Source: Parcubacteria group bacterium
GTDB taxonomy: Bacteria > Patescibacteriota > Minisyncoccia > Phycocordibacterales > UBA2100
Length of the DNA: 64,000 nucleotides
Assembly (NCBI GenBank): GCA_943358385.1
Contig: CALRGX010000001.1
Location: 66,380-130,379, forward strand
Direction of reading: 5' to 3'
Each line of letters starts with the position of its first letter. The first letter of the stretch is position 1. The notes beneath the pieces were generated by a model, which was given only the letters and a program-made list of their open reading frames with translations, made no database searches and had not been told where the DNA came from. Shown in pieces: positions 9,782-19,629 of this stretch. The position numbers were made by a program, and so were the translations under genes.

Positions 9782-10324
9782 ATGCTGACTGAGGGAAACA
9801 TGAAATACCTCGAGACCATCTCTGACTCAGAGATGGTTCATCTGCAGCCGTTTAATCCGATGACTCAGGTTATTGCAAGTGAGATTATATCGCGCATACG
9901 GGAAGCATTACCGTCGGCTGATGTGTTTTATTTCGGCTCGTCCGCCCTCGGGTTGTTTGGGGAAAACGATATTGACCTAGGGGTTATTGATGCGCAGGAA
10001 TACGTTGCGAGCGGTGCCACGCTCGAAAGCTTGTTTGGACTACCGCTCAAGATTGATGAGAAAAACCATGTAGTGCGCTGGGAGTTCGTTCAAGAAGGGT
10101 TTCTTGTAGAACTGTTTCTCTCGGATGCTCTGGCAGGGAGAAGGCGTGAGCACCTGCACAATCACGAGCTTCTCCAGGAAGATGAGCAGTTGCGAGATGC
10201 CTATCAAAACTTAAAACGGGCAAGTGTTGGTTTGCCTAAACGCGAGTATATGAAAAAGAAGCTCGAATTTTTCAATGCACTTGCTGTTGATAACGAACAC
10301 AAACCCCCTCTGCCGGCGGTATAG
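9782..10324 (+). CDS. GrpB-like nucleotidyltransferase-fold protein
   Basis: FGSSALG..ENDIDLG (GS..DxD) and C-terminal Y..LK..Y..KK..F pattern. Confidence 0.7.
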   Translation: MLTEGNMKYLETISDSEMVHLQPFNPMTQVIASEIISRIREALPSADVFYFGSSALGLFGENDIDLGVIDAQEYVASGATLESLFGLPLKIDEKNHVVRWEFVQEGFLVELFLSDALAGRRREHLHNHELLQEDEQLRDAYQNLKRASVGLPKREYMKKKLEFFNALAVDNEHKPPLPAV

Positions 10325-10331
10325 TGTCCAT

Positions 10332-10751
10332 ATGAAATTGCTCCTCACGTTGCTTGCTATCATGGTCTTCCTACCGCTTTCGACTCACGCGCAAGCACCA
10401 GAAACAGAATTACAGATTCAAATTCGGGCGGCACTCCAAGATCAGGCAAATGAGCAGGGATACACAGCACAGGAGCTTGATGAACTTGCTGCTGCCTTGG
10501 CACAGAATGCTCAAGAAGAGGGTATTTCAGCAGATGACGTCTCTCAGACCTATGGTTTTGCGCCTGAATCTTTCGAGACTGACGAAGAAGAGACGGCTAT
10601 GACTGACGATGATACATCTGCCGTGGATAATGCTACGAATCCGATCGTGATTGTTGGGGGAGTTCTTTTTCTAGGTCTTCTTGCCTGGGCATTGATGCGC
10701 TTCAAGCACGCACCTGTTTCCGAGACAACTGCTACGCCTCCTGTGGTGTAG
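10332..10751 (+). CDS. secreted/membrane-anchored acidic protein
   Basis: signal peptide ending THA|Q and C-terminal TM. Confidence 0.7.
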   Translation: MKLLLTLLAIMVFLPLSTHAQAPETELQIQIRAALQDQANEQGYTAQELDELAAALAQNAQEEGISADDVSQTYGFAPESFETDEEETAMTDDDTSAVDNATNPIVIVGGVLFLGLLAWALMRFKHAPVSETTATPPVV

Positions 10752-10885
10752 TTCCAGTGGCCTGCTTTACCCAGGCATTTTAGACGCGCCGCGCTCAGGT
10801 GCCTGGGCTGCCCGCACACCTTTCTGGCTTCGCCGCATGAGCGACTTACCAGGTCGTTCATGAATAGAGAGAAATTCACGGGCTT

Positions 10886-10927
10886 GCCCACACACCTTAG
10901 CTGCGGTGCGGCCTAAGGTGTGTGGGC
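10886..10927. repeat. REP-like palindrome
   Basis: GCCCACACACCTTAG...CTAAGGTGTGTGGGC; related arms at 28818, 33844, 63582. Confidence 0.7.
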
Positions 10928-10955
10928 TTGCATTCTCTCTATCCGCGCGTATACT
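10928..10955 (+). promoter_or_regulatory. promoter of rplC
   Basis: TTGCAT-N16-TATACT followed by a hairpin-rich leader. Confidence 0.6.
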
Positions 10956-11058
10956 GCGCGGACCTTAGAGGTTTTCCTCTGAGGCGACCATGTCCCTATA
11001 GGGACCACTGGCAGAACGGGAAACCGCGCTGCTAGCGCGGTCAAATCATTTTTACACT

Positions 11059-11664
11059 ATGAAATTCTTACTCGGCACAAAAGGACGTATGACGCAGGTC
11101 TTCGATGCGACCGGCCGCGTTACTCCTGTTACTATGATTTCTGTGAGCCCGCTCACGGTTACGCAGGTAAAGACTATTGAAAAAGACGGGTACAAGGCAA
11201 TACAGGTAGGGTACGGCGCCAAGAAAGAAAAGCGCGCCAACAAGGCTGAGAAAGGTCACTTTAAGGAGATCGCCGTTCCAAGAGTGGTTCGCGAGGTTCG
11301 CGACATGGAGGCAGAGCGCGGAGCCATAATCGATGTGTCGGCTTTCTCAGTCGGAGACACTATCCAGGTGTCAGCTATTTCAAAAGGTAAAGGTTTCCAG
11401 GGTGTGGTAAAACGCTATGGTTTTGCCGGAGACCTCGCCACTCACGGCCGCAAACACACTGAGCGCGCAGCAGGATCTATTGGAGGTGGTGGCCGAGCGG
11501 GCGGACGTGTGGTAAAAGGTATGCGCATGGCAGGGCGCATGGGAGGGGACCGCATCACGGTCACTAACCTCAAAGTGGTGCAGATCGATGCAGACAAAAA
11601 GTTCATGCTGATTTCTGGAGCGGTTCCAGGTCGCCCAGGTACAGTTGTTGAAATCCGCGGCTAA
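11059..11664 (+). CDS. rplC: 50S ribosomal protein L3
   Basis: DGYKAIQVG, SKGKGFQG, GAVPG. Confidence 0.98.
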   Translation: MKFLLGTKGRMTQVFDATGRVTPVTMISVSPLTVTQVKTIEKDGYKAIQVGYGAKKEKRANKAEKGHFKEIAVPRVVREVRDMEAERGAIIDVSAFSVGDTIQVSAISKGKGFQGVVKRYGFAGDLATHGRKHTERAAGSIGGGGRAGGRVVKGMRMAGRMGGDRITVTNLKVVQIDADKKFMLISGAVPGRPGTVVEIRG

Positions 11665-11673
11665 ACTAAATGT

Positions 11674-12405
11674 ATGGCAACCAAGAAAATATCAAAAAAG
11701 AAGGTAGTCGCTAAAGAAGTAAGTACTGAGGCTATTACTGCACCAGTCCACACGATTGGTGGCAAGAAGGCAGGCACTGTTTCATTGCCTGCGGCACTCT
11801 TTGCTCTTCCGTGGAACGCGTCACTCGTCCATCAGGTGGTTACCGCTATGCAAGCTAACGCTCGCCCTTCGGTTGCACATGTGAAAGACCGCGGTGAAGT
11901 GCGTGGTGGTGGTAAGAAGCCATGGAAACAGAAGGGAACGGGCCGTTCACGTCACGGTTCTTCACGCAGCCCTATTTGGATTGGTGGAGGTGTGACCCAC
12001 GGTCCTCGCAACGAAAAGATATACGCACAAAAGATAAACAAGAAGATGCGTACTAAGGCACTCTTTACCGTCCTCTCACAGAAGGTTCAGGACAACGAAG
12101 TACTCTTCATTGACGCCCTTTCATTCGGTGTTCCAAAGGCTAAAGAAGCGAAAGGTGTGCTCACGACGCTAGCAAAGGTAGAAGGGTTCGCAGCACTCAC
12201 TCGTCGCAACAACGCCGTCCTGGTCGCTGTGCCACAGGTAGATGCAGCACTCCTCAAGAGTTTCCGCAACTTTGGGAACGTTACCGTCATGGCGGTGTCA
12301 AACCTCAACCCAGTGGAGGTGTTGCGATTCAAGCATCTGCTCATAGCTTCACCAGATGAATCAGTGGCGCTCCTCGAAAAGCGCGGTAGCACTAAGAACG
12401 CATAA
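11674..12405 (+). CDS. rplD: 50S ribosomal protein L4
   Basis: GGGKKPWKQKGTGRSRHGS. Confidence 0.98.
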   Translation: MATKKISKKKVVAKEVSTEAITAPVHTIGGKKAGTVSLPAALFALPWNASLVHQVVTAMQANARPSVAHVKDRGEVRGGGKKPWKQKGTGRSRHGSSRSPIWIGGGVTHGPRNEKIYAQKINKKMRTKALFTVLSQKVQDNEVLFIDALSFGVPKAKEAKGVLTTLAKVEGFAALTRRNNAVLVAVPQVDAALLKSFRNFGNVTVMAVSNLNPVEVLRFKHLLIASPDESVALLEKRGSTKNA

Positions 12406-12409
12406 ATGT

Positions 12410-12784
12410 ATGGCACTTTTTTCTAAAACAACAAAAAAGAAGGTCGCAACAAAAACAGCTACTAAGGTGGCTGTGGCAAAGAGCGCTGGGGCATCTGTGG
12501 CAGAAGGGCTCTCGTGGGTCTTGATTGGCCCTCGCATCACTGAAAAGGCTACGCAGGTTTCTGAAAAAGGCATCTATGTATTCGATGTCGCTACTGCCGC
12601 AAACAAAATGCAGATTGCTAAAGCAATGTTCCAAGTGTACAAAGTGCACCCCGTAAAGGTGCGTGTTGCACAGGTACGTGGCAAAACAGTGAGGAATGCT
12701 CGCACGGGTATGACCGGCAAGCGTGTCTCGGGTAAAAAAGCATACGTATATCTCAAAAAAGGTGACACGATTTCGATAATGTAA
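12410..12784 (+). CDS. rplW: 50S ribosomal protein L23
   Basis: PRITEKA, ANKMQI, KKAYVYL. Confidence 0.95.
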   Translation: MALFSKTTKKKVATKTATKVAVAKSAGASVAEGLSWVLIGPRITEKATQVSEKGIYVFDVATAANKMQIAKAMFQVYKVHPVKVRVAQVRGKTVRNARTGMTGKRVSGKKAYVYLKKGDTISIM

Positions 12785-12789
12785 TTTGT

Positions 12790-13635
12790 ATGAAAATATA
12801 TAAACCAGGAACTCCAGGACAGCGCGGCCGAACACAGATTGCCTACGGTGAGATTTTGACGGTGCAAAAGCCTCTCAAGTCACTCACGAGTGGTCGCAAG
12901 AAGGGTGCTGGCCGAAACAATCAAGGTCGCATCACTATGCGCCACAAAGGCTCAGGTGCAAAGCGCCGCGATCGCCACATCGACTTCCTTATGGCGAAGC
13001 ATGGTGTTCCTGGTATCGTAAAGACGGTGGAATACGATCCAAACCGCTCTGCGTTCATCGGGCTTGTTGCGTACAAAGACGGTGATCGCCGCTATATGGT
13101 ACTTCCACAGGGAGTCACTGTAGGTGTGGAGGTTACCGTCTCTGAGACAGCACCTATAAAACCAGGAAACCGCCTCCCTCTAAAGCAGATTCCAATCGGC
13201 ACATTCATCTACAACATCGAGCTCAAGCCGATGGGTGGTGCCAAAATGGTGCGTTCAGCGGGCAGTTTTGCAGAGGTAATTGCTCAGGATAGTGGCTACA
13301 CACACGTTAAGATGCCTTCAACCGAAATTCGCAAAGTGCCACAGACGTGCTGGGCATCAGTTGGTGCAGTGTCTAATGATGAGCACCACTTGGTAAACCT
13401 AGGTAAAGCGGGTCGCTCTCGCCACATGGGTCGCCGTCCAAAAGTGCGTGGTTCTGCGATGAACCCAGTCGATCACCCACACGGTGGTGGTGAAGGGCGC
13501 CAGGGCCGCGGCTTGCGTCGTGCAAAGACGATGTGGGGCAAACCATCGGGCAAGGGTCAGAAGACACGTACCCCAAAGAAATACTCAAATTACCTCATTG
13601 TTACTCGCCGCAAGGTAGGAAAGAAGCGCGGGTAG
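12790..13635 (+). CDS. rplB: 50S ribosomal protein L2
   Basis: EYDPNRS, MNPVDHPHGGGEG. Confidence 0.99.
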   Translation: MKIYKPGTPGQRGRTQIAYGEILTVQKPLKSLTSGRKKGAGRNNQGRITMRHKGSGAKRRDRHIDFLMAKHGVPGIVKTVEYDPNRSAFIGLVAYKDGDRRYMVLPQGVTVGVEVTVSETAPIKPGNRLPLKQIPIGTFIYNIELKPMGGAKMVRSAGSFAEVIAQDSGYTHVKMPSTEIRKVPQTCWASVGAVSNDEHHLVNLGKAGRSRHMGRRPKVRGSAMNPVDHPHGGGEGRQGRGLRRAKTMWGKPSGKGQKTRTPKKYSNYLIVTRRKVGKKRG

Positions 13636-13656
13636 TCTACAGCGGGAAACAGTACT

Positions 13657-13684
13657 GAAAAAACTCGCGCCAGCGAGTTTTTTC
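13657..13684 (+). terminator. intrinsic terminator after rplB
   Basis: GAAAAAACTCGC..GCGAGTTTTTTC. Confidence 0.65.
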
Positions 13685-13743
13685 TTGCCTGGATCGCCGT
13701 TGTGGGCTACATTCCGGACGGACTCAGAAAAGGGAGAAAGCAC

Positions 13744-14190
13744 ATGCTTGCATACAGGACGTTGACAGTAGAAGATGCAAACGCACTCTGCAGCTTCCGC
13801 AACAGAGAATTGGAACAGGTCCACTGTCTCGCGTATCTCCAACACATGACCCTTCCTGAAGCAGAGGTAAGTTTTTTTCTCAGAGAGATCGAAGAAACAA
13901 AAACACGCACGTTGGTCGGCGTATTTCACGACGGACAACTCGTCGGCATCGGGGTAGTCGTACATCATGGCCGCTCAAAAGGTGAGGTGGGTGGGTATGT
14001 TGCTCGGGCATGGCGAGATGGCGGCGTGGTCGATGGTTTCAAGGCATGGGTAACGAAAACATGGCCCAATTACTGCATTATGGTGGATGTGGCGCCGGAA
14101 AAATCTCTCGCGCTGAAAGCGCTGCAGGGTACGGGTCTCACCGCAGAAGTGCTCACGGAGGGATGTTTGCAGTGGAAACGACCTGCATGA
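13744..14190 (+). CDS. GNAT-fold acetyltransferase-like protein (degenerate)
   Basis: RTLTVEDA, GQLVG, EVGGYV..WRDGG resemble RimJ/RimL-type GNATs; GGGAG upstream. Confidence 0.5.
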   Translation: MLAYRTLTVEDANALCSFRNRELEQVHCLAYLQHMTLPEAEVSFFLREIEETKTRTLVGVFHDGQLVGIGVVVHHGRSKGEVGGYVARAWRDGGVVDGFKAWVTKTWPNYCIMVDVAPEKSLALKALQGTGLTAEVLTEGCLQWKRPA

Positions 14191-14317
14191 GTATGTAAAC
14201 ATTGTAGGTGCACACGCATACGACCATAGACAACGTCTATGGTCGTAATTTTATCAACTCTGCACAGCGCTTTGCCGTCTCCATGGAACGCTTGGTATGC
14301 GCCTAGGAGGACACATG

Positions 14318-14346
14318 TTGACACAGTGAACCTTTTCGCCTAGTAT
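14318..14346 (+). promoter_or_regulatory. sigma70 promoter of rpsS
   Basis: TTGACA-N17-TAGTAT. Confidence 0.75.
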
Positions 14347-14375
14347 GGGCGAGCCCTGTGCGGGCTTCTATTTTT

Positions 14376-14717
14376 ATGGCACGATCAATCAAAAAAGGAC
14401 CATACGTTGACGAGCGACTTTTGCAGAAAGTCTTGAAACTCGGCAAGCCTGGTAAGACACCTATCGTCACCTGGGCGCGTGCTTCACAGATTCCACCGGA
14501 ATTTGTTGGACACACGTTTGGTGTCCACAATGGAAAGACGCACATTCCCGTACTCGTTACCGATGAGATGGTAGGACACCGCCTTGGTGAATTTTCACCA
14601 ACAACCCGCTTCGGCCGTCACGGAGGTAAGATGCAGAAAGAAATTGAAATGAAGGCGAAGGAGTCTGAAATTGCCGCTGCTAAGGCTGCAAAAGCGACCG
14701 TCGTCGAAAAGAAATAG
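14376..14717 (+). CDS. rpsS: 30S ribosomal protein S19
   Basis: [19 protein letters not shown]. Confidence 0.98.
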   Translation: MARSIKKGPYVDERLLQKVLKLGKPGKTPIVTWARASQIPPEFVGHTFGVHNGKTHIPVLVTDEMVGHRLGEFSPTTRFGRHGGKMQKEIEMKAKESEIAAAKAAKATVVEKK

Positions 14718-14720
14718 TAT

Positions 14721-15131
14721 ATGAAAGCGTACCTTGCAAACCACCGCCAATCGACACGAAAGACCAGACTCTTGGCAGATTTGGTACGCGGTAAAGGTGT
14801 TGCTGAGGCCCGACATATCCTGCACTACACCAACAAAAAAGGTGCTCCTGTATTTTTGAAGCTCATAAACTCAGCAGTGGCGAACGCTCGCACACAAGGT
14901 GTTACCGAAGAAATTTTGTTTGTTAAAGAAATTGCAGTCAACCAAGGTGTTGCCCTCAAGCGCATCATGCCGCAGGCACGAGGTTCGGCGCACTCGTATA
15001 AGCGAAACGCGAGCCACATCAGTGTTGTGCTGGGTGCAAAGAATGGAGACCAAAAAACAGTTACCAATGAAGCCAGAGCAAAAACAGCCAAGAAAGCTGC
15101 AAAGAAAGCTCGAGCAAAGAAAACCGTATAG
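14721..15131 (+). CDS. rplV: 50S ribosomal protein L22
   Basis: KLINSAVANA, PQARG, SHISV. Confidence 0.97.
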   Translation: MKAYLANHRQSTRKTRLLADLVRGKGVAEARHILHYTNKKGAPVFLKLINSAVANARTQGVTEEILFVKEIAVNQGVALKRIMPQARGSAHSYKRNASHISVVLGAKNGDQKTVTNEARAKTAKKAAKKARAKKTV

Positions 15132-15134
15132 CAT

Positions 15135-15818
15135 ATGACACACGTAGCTCACCCATTTGCACAGCGCCTCGGCATCATTCGTGACTGGAAGTCTCGCTGG
15201 TTCGCCAAGACCCCAAAAGAATTTCGCGGAAATATTCGCGTTGACACCACCGTGCGCACATTCTTGCGCAAGCGTTTGCGTGGTTTCTACGTCACCTCTG
15301 TAGAAATTGAGCGCAATCAGCGAGCACTCCGTATTCTCATCAAAACATCACGCCCAGGTATGGTGATTGGCCGCGGCGGGGAAGGTAGCTCAAAGTTGAT
15401 CAAGGAGATCGAGAAAAAGATTCGTGCTGCCGGCATCAAAGAGGTGCCTACAGTTAAGGTAGACATCGAAGAAGTGCGTTCCCCTGAGAGCCAGGCACCA
15501 ATCGTCGCGTACATGATTGCAGAAGGTTTGGAGAAGCGCATGCCATTTCGCCGAGTGCTCAAGCAGACGGTTGAAAAGGTGATGGCGAATCGCGATGTTC
15601 AAGGGGTACGTATCGGTATTTCAGGTCGCCTCGGGGGTGCTGAAATGTCTCGCCAAGAAGAAATCAAGCGCGGACGCGTTCCACTGCAGACACTGCGCGC
15701 CGATATTGATTTCGCACGCGAAGAAGCATACCTCTCATATGGCGTGATCGGTATCAAGGTCTGGATTTACCGAGGTGATATTTTTGCAAAAGATAACGAG
15801 CGCAACCGCGCCCAATAA
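15135..15818 (+). CDS. rpsC: 30S ribosomal protein S3
   Basis: RPGMVIG, GRLGGAE, GRVPLQTLRADID. Confidence 0.98.
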   Translation: MTHVAHPFAQRLGIIRDWKSRWFAKTPKEFRGNIRVDTTVRTFLRKRLRGFYVTSVEIERNQRALRILIKTSRPGMVIGRGGEGSSKLIKEIEKKIRAAGIKEVPTVKVDIEEVRSPESQAPIVAYMIAEGLEKRMPFRRVLKQTVEKVMANRDVQGVRIGISGRLGGAEMSRQEEIKRGRVPLQTLRADIDFAREEAYLSYGVIGIKVWIYRGDIFAKDNERNRAQ

Positions 15819-15829
15819 TTTCTTCGCTT

Positions 15830-16252
15830 ATGCTGTTCCCAAAACGACCTAAACACCGCAAGTGGCAGACTGACCGCACTAACGCTAAGAAGCGTGCGCT
15901 CCCTGATTACCGCGGCGCAACCATTTCTTTCGGCTCTTTTGGATTGAAGGCCATGACGCAATGCCGCATGAGCTCAAACCAAATCGAATCTGCTCGTAAG
16001 GTTATTTCTCGCAGCCTAGGAAAGACCGGTAAAATGTGGATTCGCGTGTTTCCTGACCGACCTCGCACACAGAAGCCTGCAGAAGTAGGTATGGGTGCAG
16101 GAAAAGGTGATCTTAAAGACTACGTATTTGACGTGCGCCCAGGACGAGTGCTCTTCGAGGTAGACGGTATTCCAGAGGCGATCGCACGAGAAGCTCTCCG
16201 CAAGGCGAGCACAAAACTTCCCGTTAAAGCCAAAGTAGTAGCTCGCATATAA
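15830..16252 (+). CDS. rplP: 50S ribosomal protein L16
   Basis: QIESAR, WIRVFPD, MGAGKG. Confidence 0.98.
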   Translation: MLFPKRPKHRKWQTDRTNAKKRALPDYRGATISFGSFGLKAMTQCRMSSNQIESARKVISRSLGKTGKMWIRVFPDRPRTQKPAEVGMGAGKGDLKDYVFDVRPGRVLFEVDGIPEAIAREALRKASTKLPVKAKVVARI

Positions 16253-16257
16253 AGCAT

Positions 16258-16476
16258 ATGGATATCAAAGACATCAGAAAGAAGAGCGAGGGCGAGCTCA
16301 CCAAGCTCGTAAACGACCAGCAGGAAGCATTGCGTGTATTTCGATTTAGCGAGGCAGGAAGCCGTACGCGCAACGTTAAGGAAGGGCATACCATCAAGCG
16401 CACGATTGCACGGATTCTAACCGAATTAAAGGCTCGTGAGTCGGGAAGCCTTGCTGAAACGAAGAAAACCGCGTAG
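16258..16476 (+). CDS. rpmC: 50S ribosomal protein L29
   Basis: position and IARILTEL. Confidence 0.93.
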   Translation: MDIKDIRKKSEGELTKLVNDQQEALRVFRFSEAGSRTRNVKEGHTIKRTIARILTELKARESGSLAETKKTA

Positions 16477-16495
16477 GATGCGCAACGCTTATCGT

Positions 16496-16780
16496 ATGAC
16501 ACCAAAAACAACACAAAACTCAGGAAAAACATTGCGCGGCACGGTAGTGAAGAGCGCGATGACTGACACCGTAACCGTGTCTGTCGAACGCTACATCAAG
16601 CACCCGAAGTACAAAAAGTTCTATCGCGAGTCTAAGAAGTACCTCGTGCATAACCCAGGAAACACAGTGGGCGTTGGTGACATTGTAACCATCCGAGAGA
16701 CACGTCCGATTTCAAAGCGAAAGCACTTTATTGTTTCAGAGGTAGTTCGCTCTGTAGCTAAGGAGGCAGCCGACGAATAG
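16496..16780 (+). CDS. rpsQ: 30S ribosomal protein S17
   Basis: HPKYKK, ETRPISKRK. Confidence 0.97.
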   Translation: MTPKTTQNSGKTLRGTVVKSAMTDTVTVSVERYIKHPKYKKFYRESKKYLVHNPGNTVGVGDIVTIRETRPISKRKHFIVSEVVRSVAKEAADE

Positions 16781-16783
16781 CAT

Positions 16784-17164
16784 ATGATCCAGCCAAACAC
16801 TATAGTAAAGATTGCGGATAATTCCGGCGGTAAAGTCGGTTTCGTCTTCAAAATTCTCGGAGGCAGTAAGCGCCGCTACGCACACATTGGTGACGAGGTG
16901 GTTATCTCTATCCGCGTTGCAGAGCCGCGTAAGCCAATAAAAAAGAAGGATGTGGTTCGTGCCGTGGTGGTTCGCCAAAAGAAGGCTATGCGCCGCACGG
17001 ATGGTTCGTATGTGCGCTTTGACGAAAACGCAGTGGTCTTGGTGGAAGGGAAAGGTAAGAACGCCAAAGATCCAAAAGCGAGTCGCGTATTTGGACCGAT
17101 TCCGCGCGAAATTGTTGAGCGTGGTTATCAGCGCATCGGCACACTTGCCCCTGAAATTGTATAG
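16784..17164 (+). CDS. rplN: 50S ribosomal protein L14
   Basis: ADNSG, RFDENA, RVFGP, LAPEI. Confidence 0.98.
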   Translation: MIQPNTIVKIADNSGGKVGFVFKILGGSKRRYAHIGDEVVISIRVAEPRKPIKKKDVVRAVVVRQKKAMRRTDGSYVRFDENAVVLVEGKGKNAKDPKASRVFGPIPREIVERGYQRIGTLAPEIV

Positions 17165-17167
17165 CCT

Positions 17168-17476
17168 ATGAAAATCAAGAAAGGAGACAAGGTGGTAGTT
17201 ATTGCTGGTAAGAGCCGCGGCGAAAAAGGTACGGTGATGCGTGCTATGCCCAAGGAGAATAAGGTGATTATCGAAGGGGTAAACATGATGAAGAAGCATC
17301 AGAAAGCGACGCGCCGAGGTGGAAAGGGTCAACTCGTAGAGCGCGCGATGCCTCTCCATGTATCGAATGTACAGGTGGTAGACCCAAAGACAGGAAAAGG
17401 GACCCGTGTGCGTATTGCTCGCGAGAAGGGTGGCATGACTCGTGTGGCCGTAAAAAGCGGCACAACGCTAAAGTAA
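17168..17476 (+). CDS. rplX: 50S ribosomal protein L24
   Basis: KIKKGDKVVVIAGK, PLHVSNV. Confidence 0.98.
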   Translation: MKIKKGDKVVVIAGKSRGEKGTVMRAMPKENKVIIEGVNMMKKHQKATRRGGKGQLVERAMPLHVSNVQVVDPKTGKGTRVRIAREKGGMTRVAVKSGTTLK

Positions 17477-17498
17477 TCAGGTAATAATTCTGAGACGT

Positions 17499-18059
17499 AT
17501 GGCAAACAATTTTTCAAACATAACAAAGCAAAAGCACGACAGTGCACTTGAGGCACTCAAGGCAGAGTTTGGTTACACCAACCCGATGCAGGCACCTCGC
17601 CTTATGAAAGTGGTAGTGACTTCCGGTATTGGTTCTGTCTCAGACAAAAACAAGCGCACTCTCATTGCGAACCGTTTGGCCAAAATTACCGGACAAAAGG
17701 TTGCCGATCGTACTGCGAAGAAATCTATCGCAACCTACAAGACACGCCAGGGTGATTTGATTGGCTACCAGGTAACGCTGCGCGGTAACCGCATGTGGTC
17801 TTTCTTGGACAAGCTCGTACACATCGCTCTTCCTCGTACGCGCGACTTCCGTGGCATCAAGGCAACGGGCTTCGACGAGATGGGTAACTACTCATTCGGC
17901 ATCAAAGAGCATACTATTTTTCCAGAGGCAGCAGACGAAGACATCAAAGACATCTTTGGTATCGGCTTCACCATCGTAACCACAGCAAAGACAAAAGCTG
18001 AATCTGAGGCGCTCTTGCGTCACCTCGGGTTCCCGTTCGAGCGCGAAGCAGATAAATAA
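17499..18059 (+). CDS. rplE: 50S ribosomal protein L5
   Basis: ITGQK, ALPRTRDFRG, GNYSFG, IFPE. Confidence 0.98.
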   Translation: MANNFSNITKQKHDSALEALKAEFGYTNPMQAPRLMKVVVTSGIGSVSDKNKRTLIANRLAKITGQKVADRTAKKSIATYKTRQGDLIGYQVTLRGNRMWSFLDKLVHIALPRTRDFRGIKATGFDEMGNYSFGIKEHTIFPEAADEDIKDIFGIGFTIVTTAKTKAESEALLRHLGFPFEREADK

Positions 18060-18090
18060 ACCCGTACATTCTCTAGGCTTAGAAATCTCG

Positions 18091-18242
18091 GTGCTTTTCC
18101 AAAGGAAGAGGCCGCCGAGATTTTTAAGGAGCCTGCGACTATATACATCCAAGTGTCTTTCTGAAAGAAGAGGCCGCCGAGATGTATAACGAGTCTACGA
18201 CTATATACATCCAAGTGCCTTTCCAAAGGAAGAGGCCGCCGA
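18091..18242. repeat. 62-bp imperfect tandem repeat (about 2.5 copies)
   Basis: units start at 18091, 18153, 18215; shared GAAGAGGCCGCCGA and CGACTATATACATCCAAGTG. Confidence 0.9.
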
Positions 18243-18258
18243 ATTATTCGGCGGCCTC
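18232..18258. terminator. hairpin between convergent rplE and the 18244..19128 ORF
   Basis: GAGGCCGCCGA-ATTAT-TCGGCGGCCTC. Confidence 0.7.
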
Positions 18259-19128
18259 CTTTCGTTGTTCGCGGTGTGCGCCGCTGAGAAGTCTACAGGT
18301 GCGGTACGCATGGTACTTGGCGAGCCACTCTCCTCGGGGGAGGGTGGTTGCCGCAAAGACGCAGCGCATCCACACTTCTCGATACCAGAAAGACCGTTCC
18401 GGGTGCCTGAAGCGAGGATCGTAGCGCCAGATGCGCCAGCCTGCATGAAAGAACAGACGTGTGCCTCGCATGCGAGCGGTCATACTCCTGGTCGCGAGGT
18501 GGGTGCGTAGTGTCCGGATAACGGTGCCGTGGAATCTTCCGAAGCGACTCAGATACCACTTGCTCACCGCATTATCAAGCACGGTCTTCTGAATGAAGCG
18601 TACGGTCTTGATGAGATACGGCACCATAAAGCCGATGGGGAACAGTAGAATGACCCAGTGTAGTGAAATCTGGATCACGATCATGCAGATGACAATTCCT
18701 AACTTGGTGAGCAGATGCTGCTTGAGCCACCATAGACGGGCCGATGTGCCTGCTCGTCTGGCGCGTTCTTTGAGAGTACGCACCTTACTCGTCCAGGCAC
18801 CAGCGAACATGTACTCGAGCGTGACGCTTGCAGCAATGCCTGTAAAAATACGGGCCACTTTTGATGTCGCGATGGCGGCAACGATTATCGAAAAGCGTTC
18901 TGCCCCAAAGACGATAAATCGCCAGAGAGCAAGCACGCCTTCGAGGATGATGCGCCAGAGCACGATAGCTGCTTCAACGAGTAATCGCCATGCAGCCACC
19001 AGTATATTTCCAAGGAACCGCGCAGTTGCCCCGAGGGCATCCAACTCGGCATACCAGTCTATGGCAAGAATGAGAGCTATAAGTACTCCAAACCCCCACC
19101 ACCATTCTCGGCGGTATTTCAGTCCCAT
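18244..19128 (-). CDS. basic multi-pass membrane protein, inserted antisense in the spc operon
   Basis: 294 aa ORF, several TM stretches, Trp/Arg rich, AAGGAG upstream. Confidence 0.7.
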   Translation of the reverse strand: MGLKYRREWWWGFGVLIALILAIDWYAELDALGATARFLGNILVAAWRLLVEAAIVLWRIILEGVLALWRFIVFGAERFSIIVAAIATSKVARIFTGIAASVTLEYMFAGAWTSKVRTLKERARRAGTSARLWWLKQHLLTKLGIVICMIVIQISLHWVILLFPIGFMVPYLIKTVRFIQKTVLDNAVSKWYLSRFGRFHGTVIRTLRTHLATRSMTARMRGTRLFFHAGWRIWRYDPRFRHPERSFWYREVWMRCVFAATTLPRGEWLAKYHAYRTCRLLSGAHREQRKEAAE

Positions 19129-19254
19129 GTGATTTCTCCTTTTCCGTGCAGGACTATACCATAATTTAGAATTATGTACACACCATTAAGGGCACCTGCA
19201 GATGGGCGCCTGTTTTCTATAGGCTGGTCCCTACACTCCTCTTTCCTGCCATAT

Positions 19255-19283
19255 TTGACAGTGGGGGGTGCTTCGCGTAGTAT
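19255..19283 (+). promoter_or_regulatory. sigma70 promoter of rpsN
   Basis: TTGACA-N17-TAGTAT. Confidence 0.75.
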
Positions 19284-19437
19284 GCGGGAGCCTCGTAGGG
19301 AGGCCCGTTTCTTAGTAAGAGTGAGTCTTCTCACTAACTGCGAGAAAAAGGGCCACAGAGAGGGATTTCCATAATCAAGACCGAGAGGTCCAGATGCAGG
19401 AATCCCACTACCTCTCCTTGCGGTGCACACCCACACC

Positions 19438-19623
19438 ATGGCAAAGAAATCAATGATTGCGAAAGCGAAGCGTACGCCGAAATTCAAGAGTCGGGTCGTT
19501 CGTCGTTGTTTCAAGTGTGGCCGTCCTCGTGGATACATGCGTGATTTCGATCTCTGCCGCATCTGTTTCCGCGAGCAAGCATTGGAAGGCAATATTCCCG
19601 GAGTAAAGAAATCTTCTTGGTAA
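19438..19623 (+). CDS. rpsN: 30S ribosomal protein S14, zinc-binding type
   Basis: [15 protein letters not shown], 61 aa. Confidence 0.97.
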   Translation: MAKKSMIAKAKRTPKFKSRVVRRCFKCGRPRGYMRDFDLCRICFREQALEGNIPGVKKSSW

Positions 19624-19629
19624 ATTTTT

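Noticed and set aside
18091-18242. CRISPR array
   Set aside because: Only about 2.5 units, the would-be spacers are homologous to each other, and there are no cas genes.
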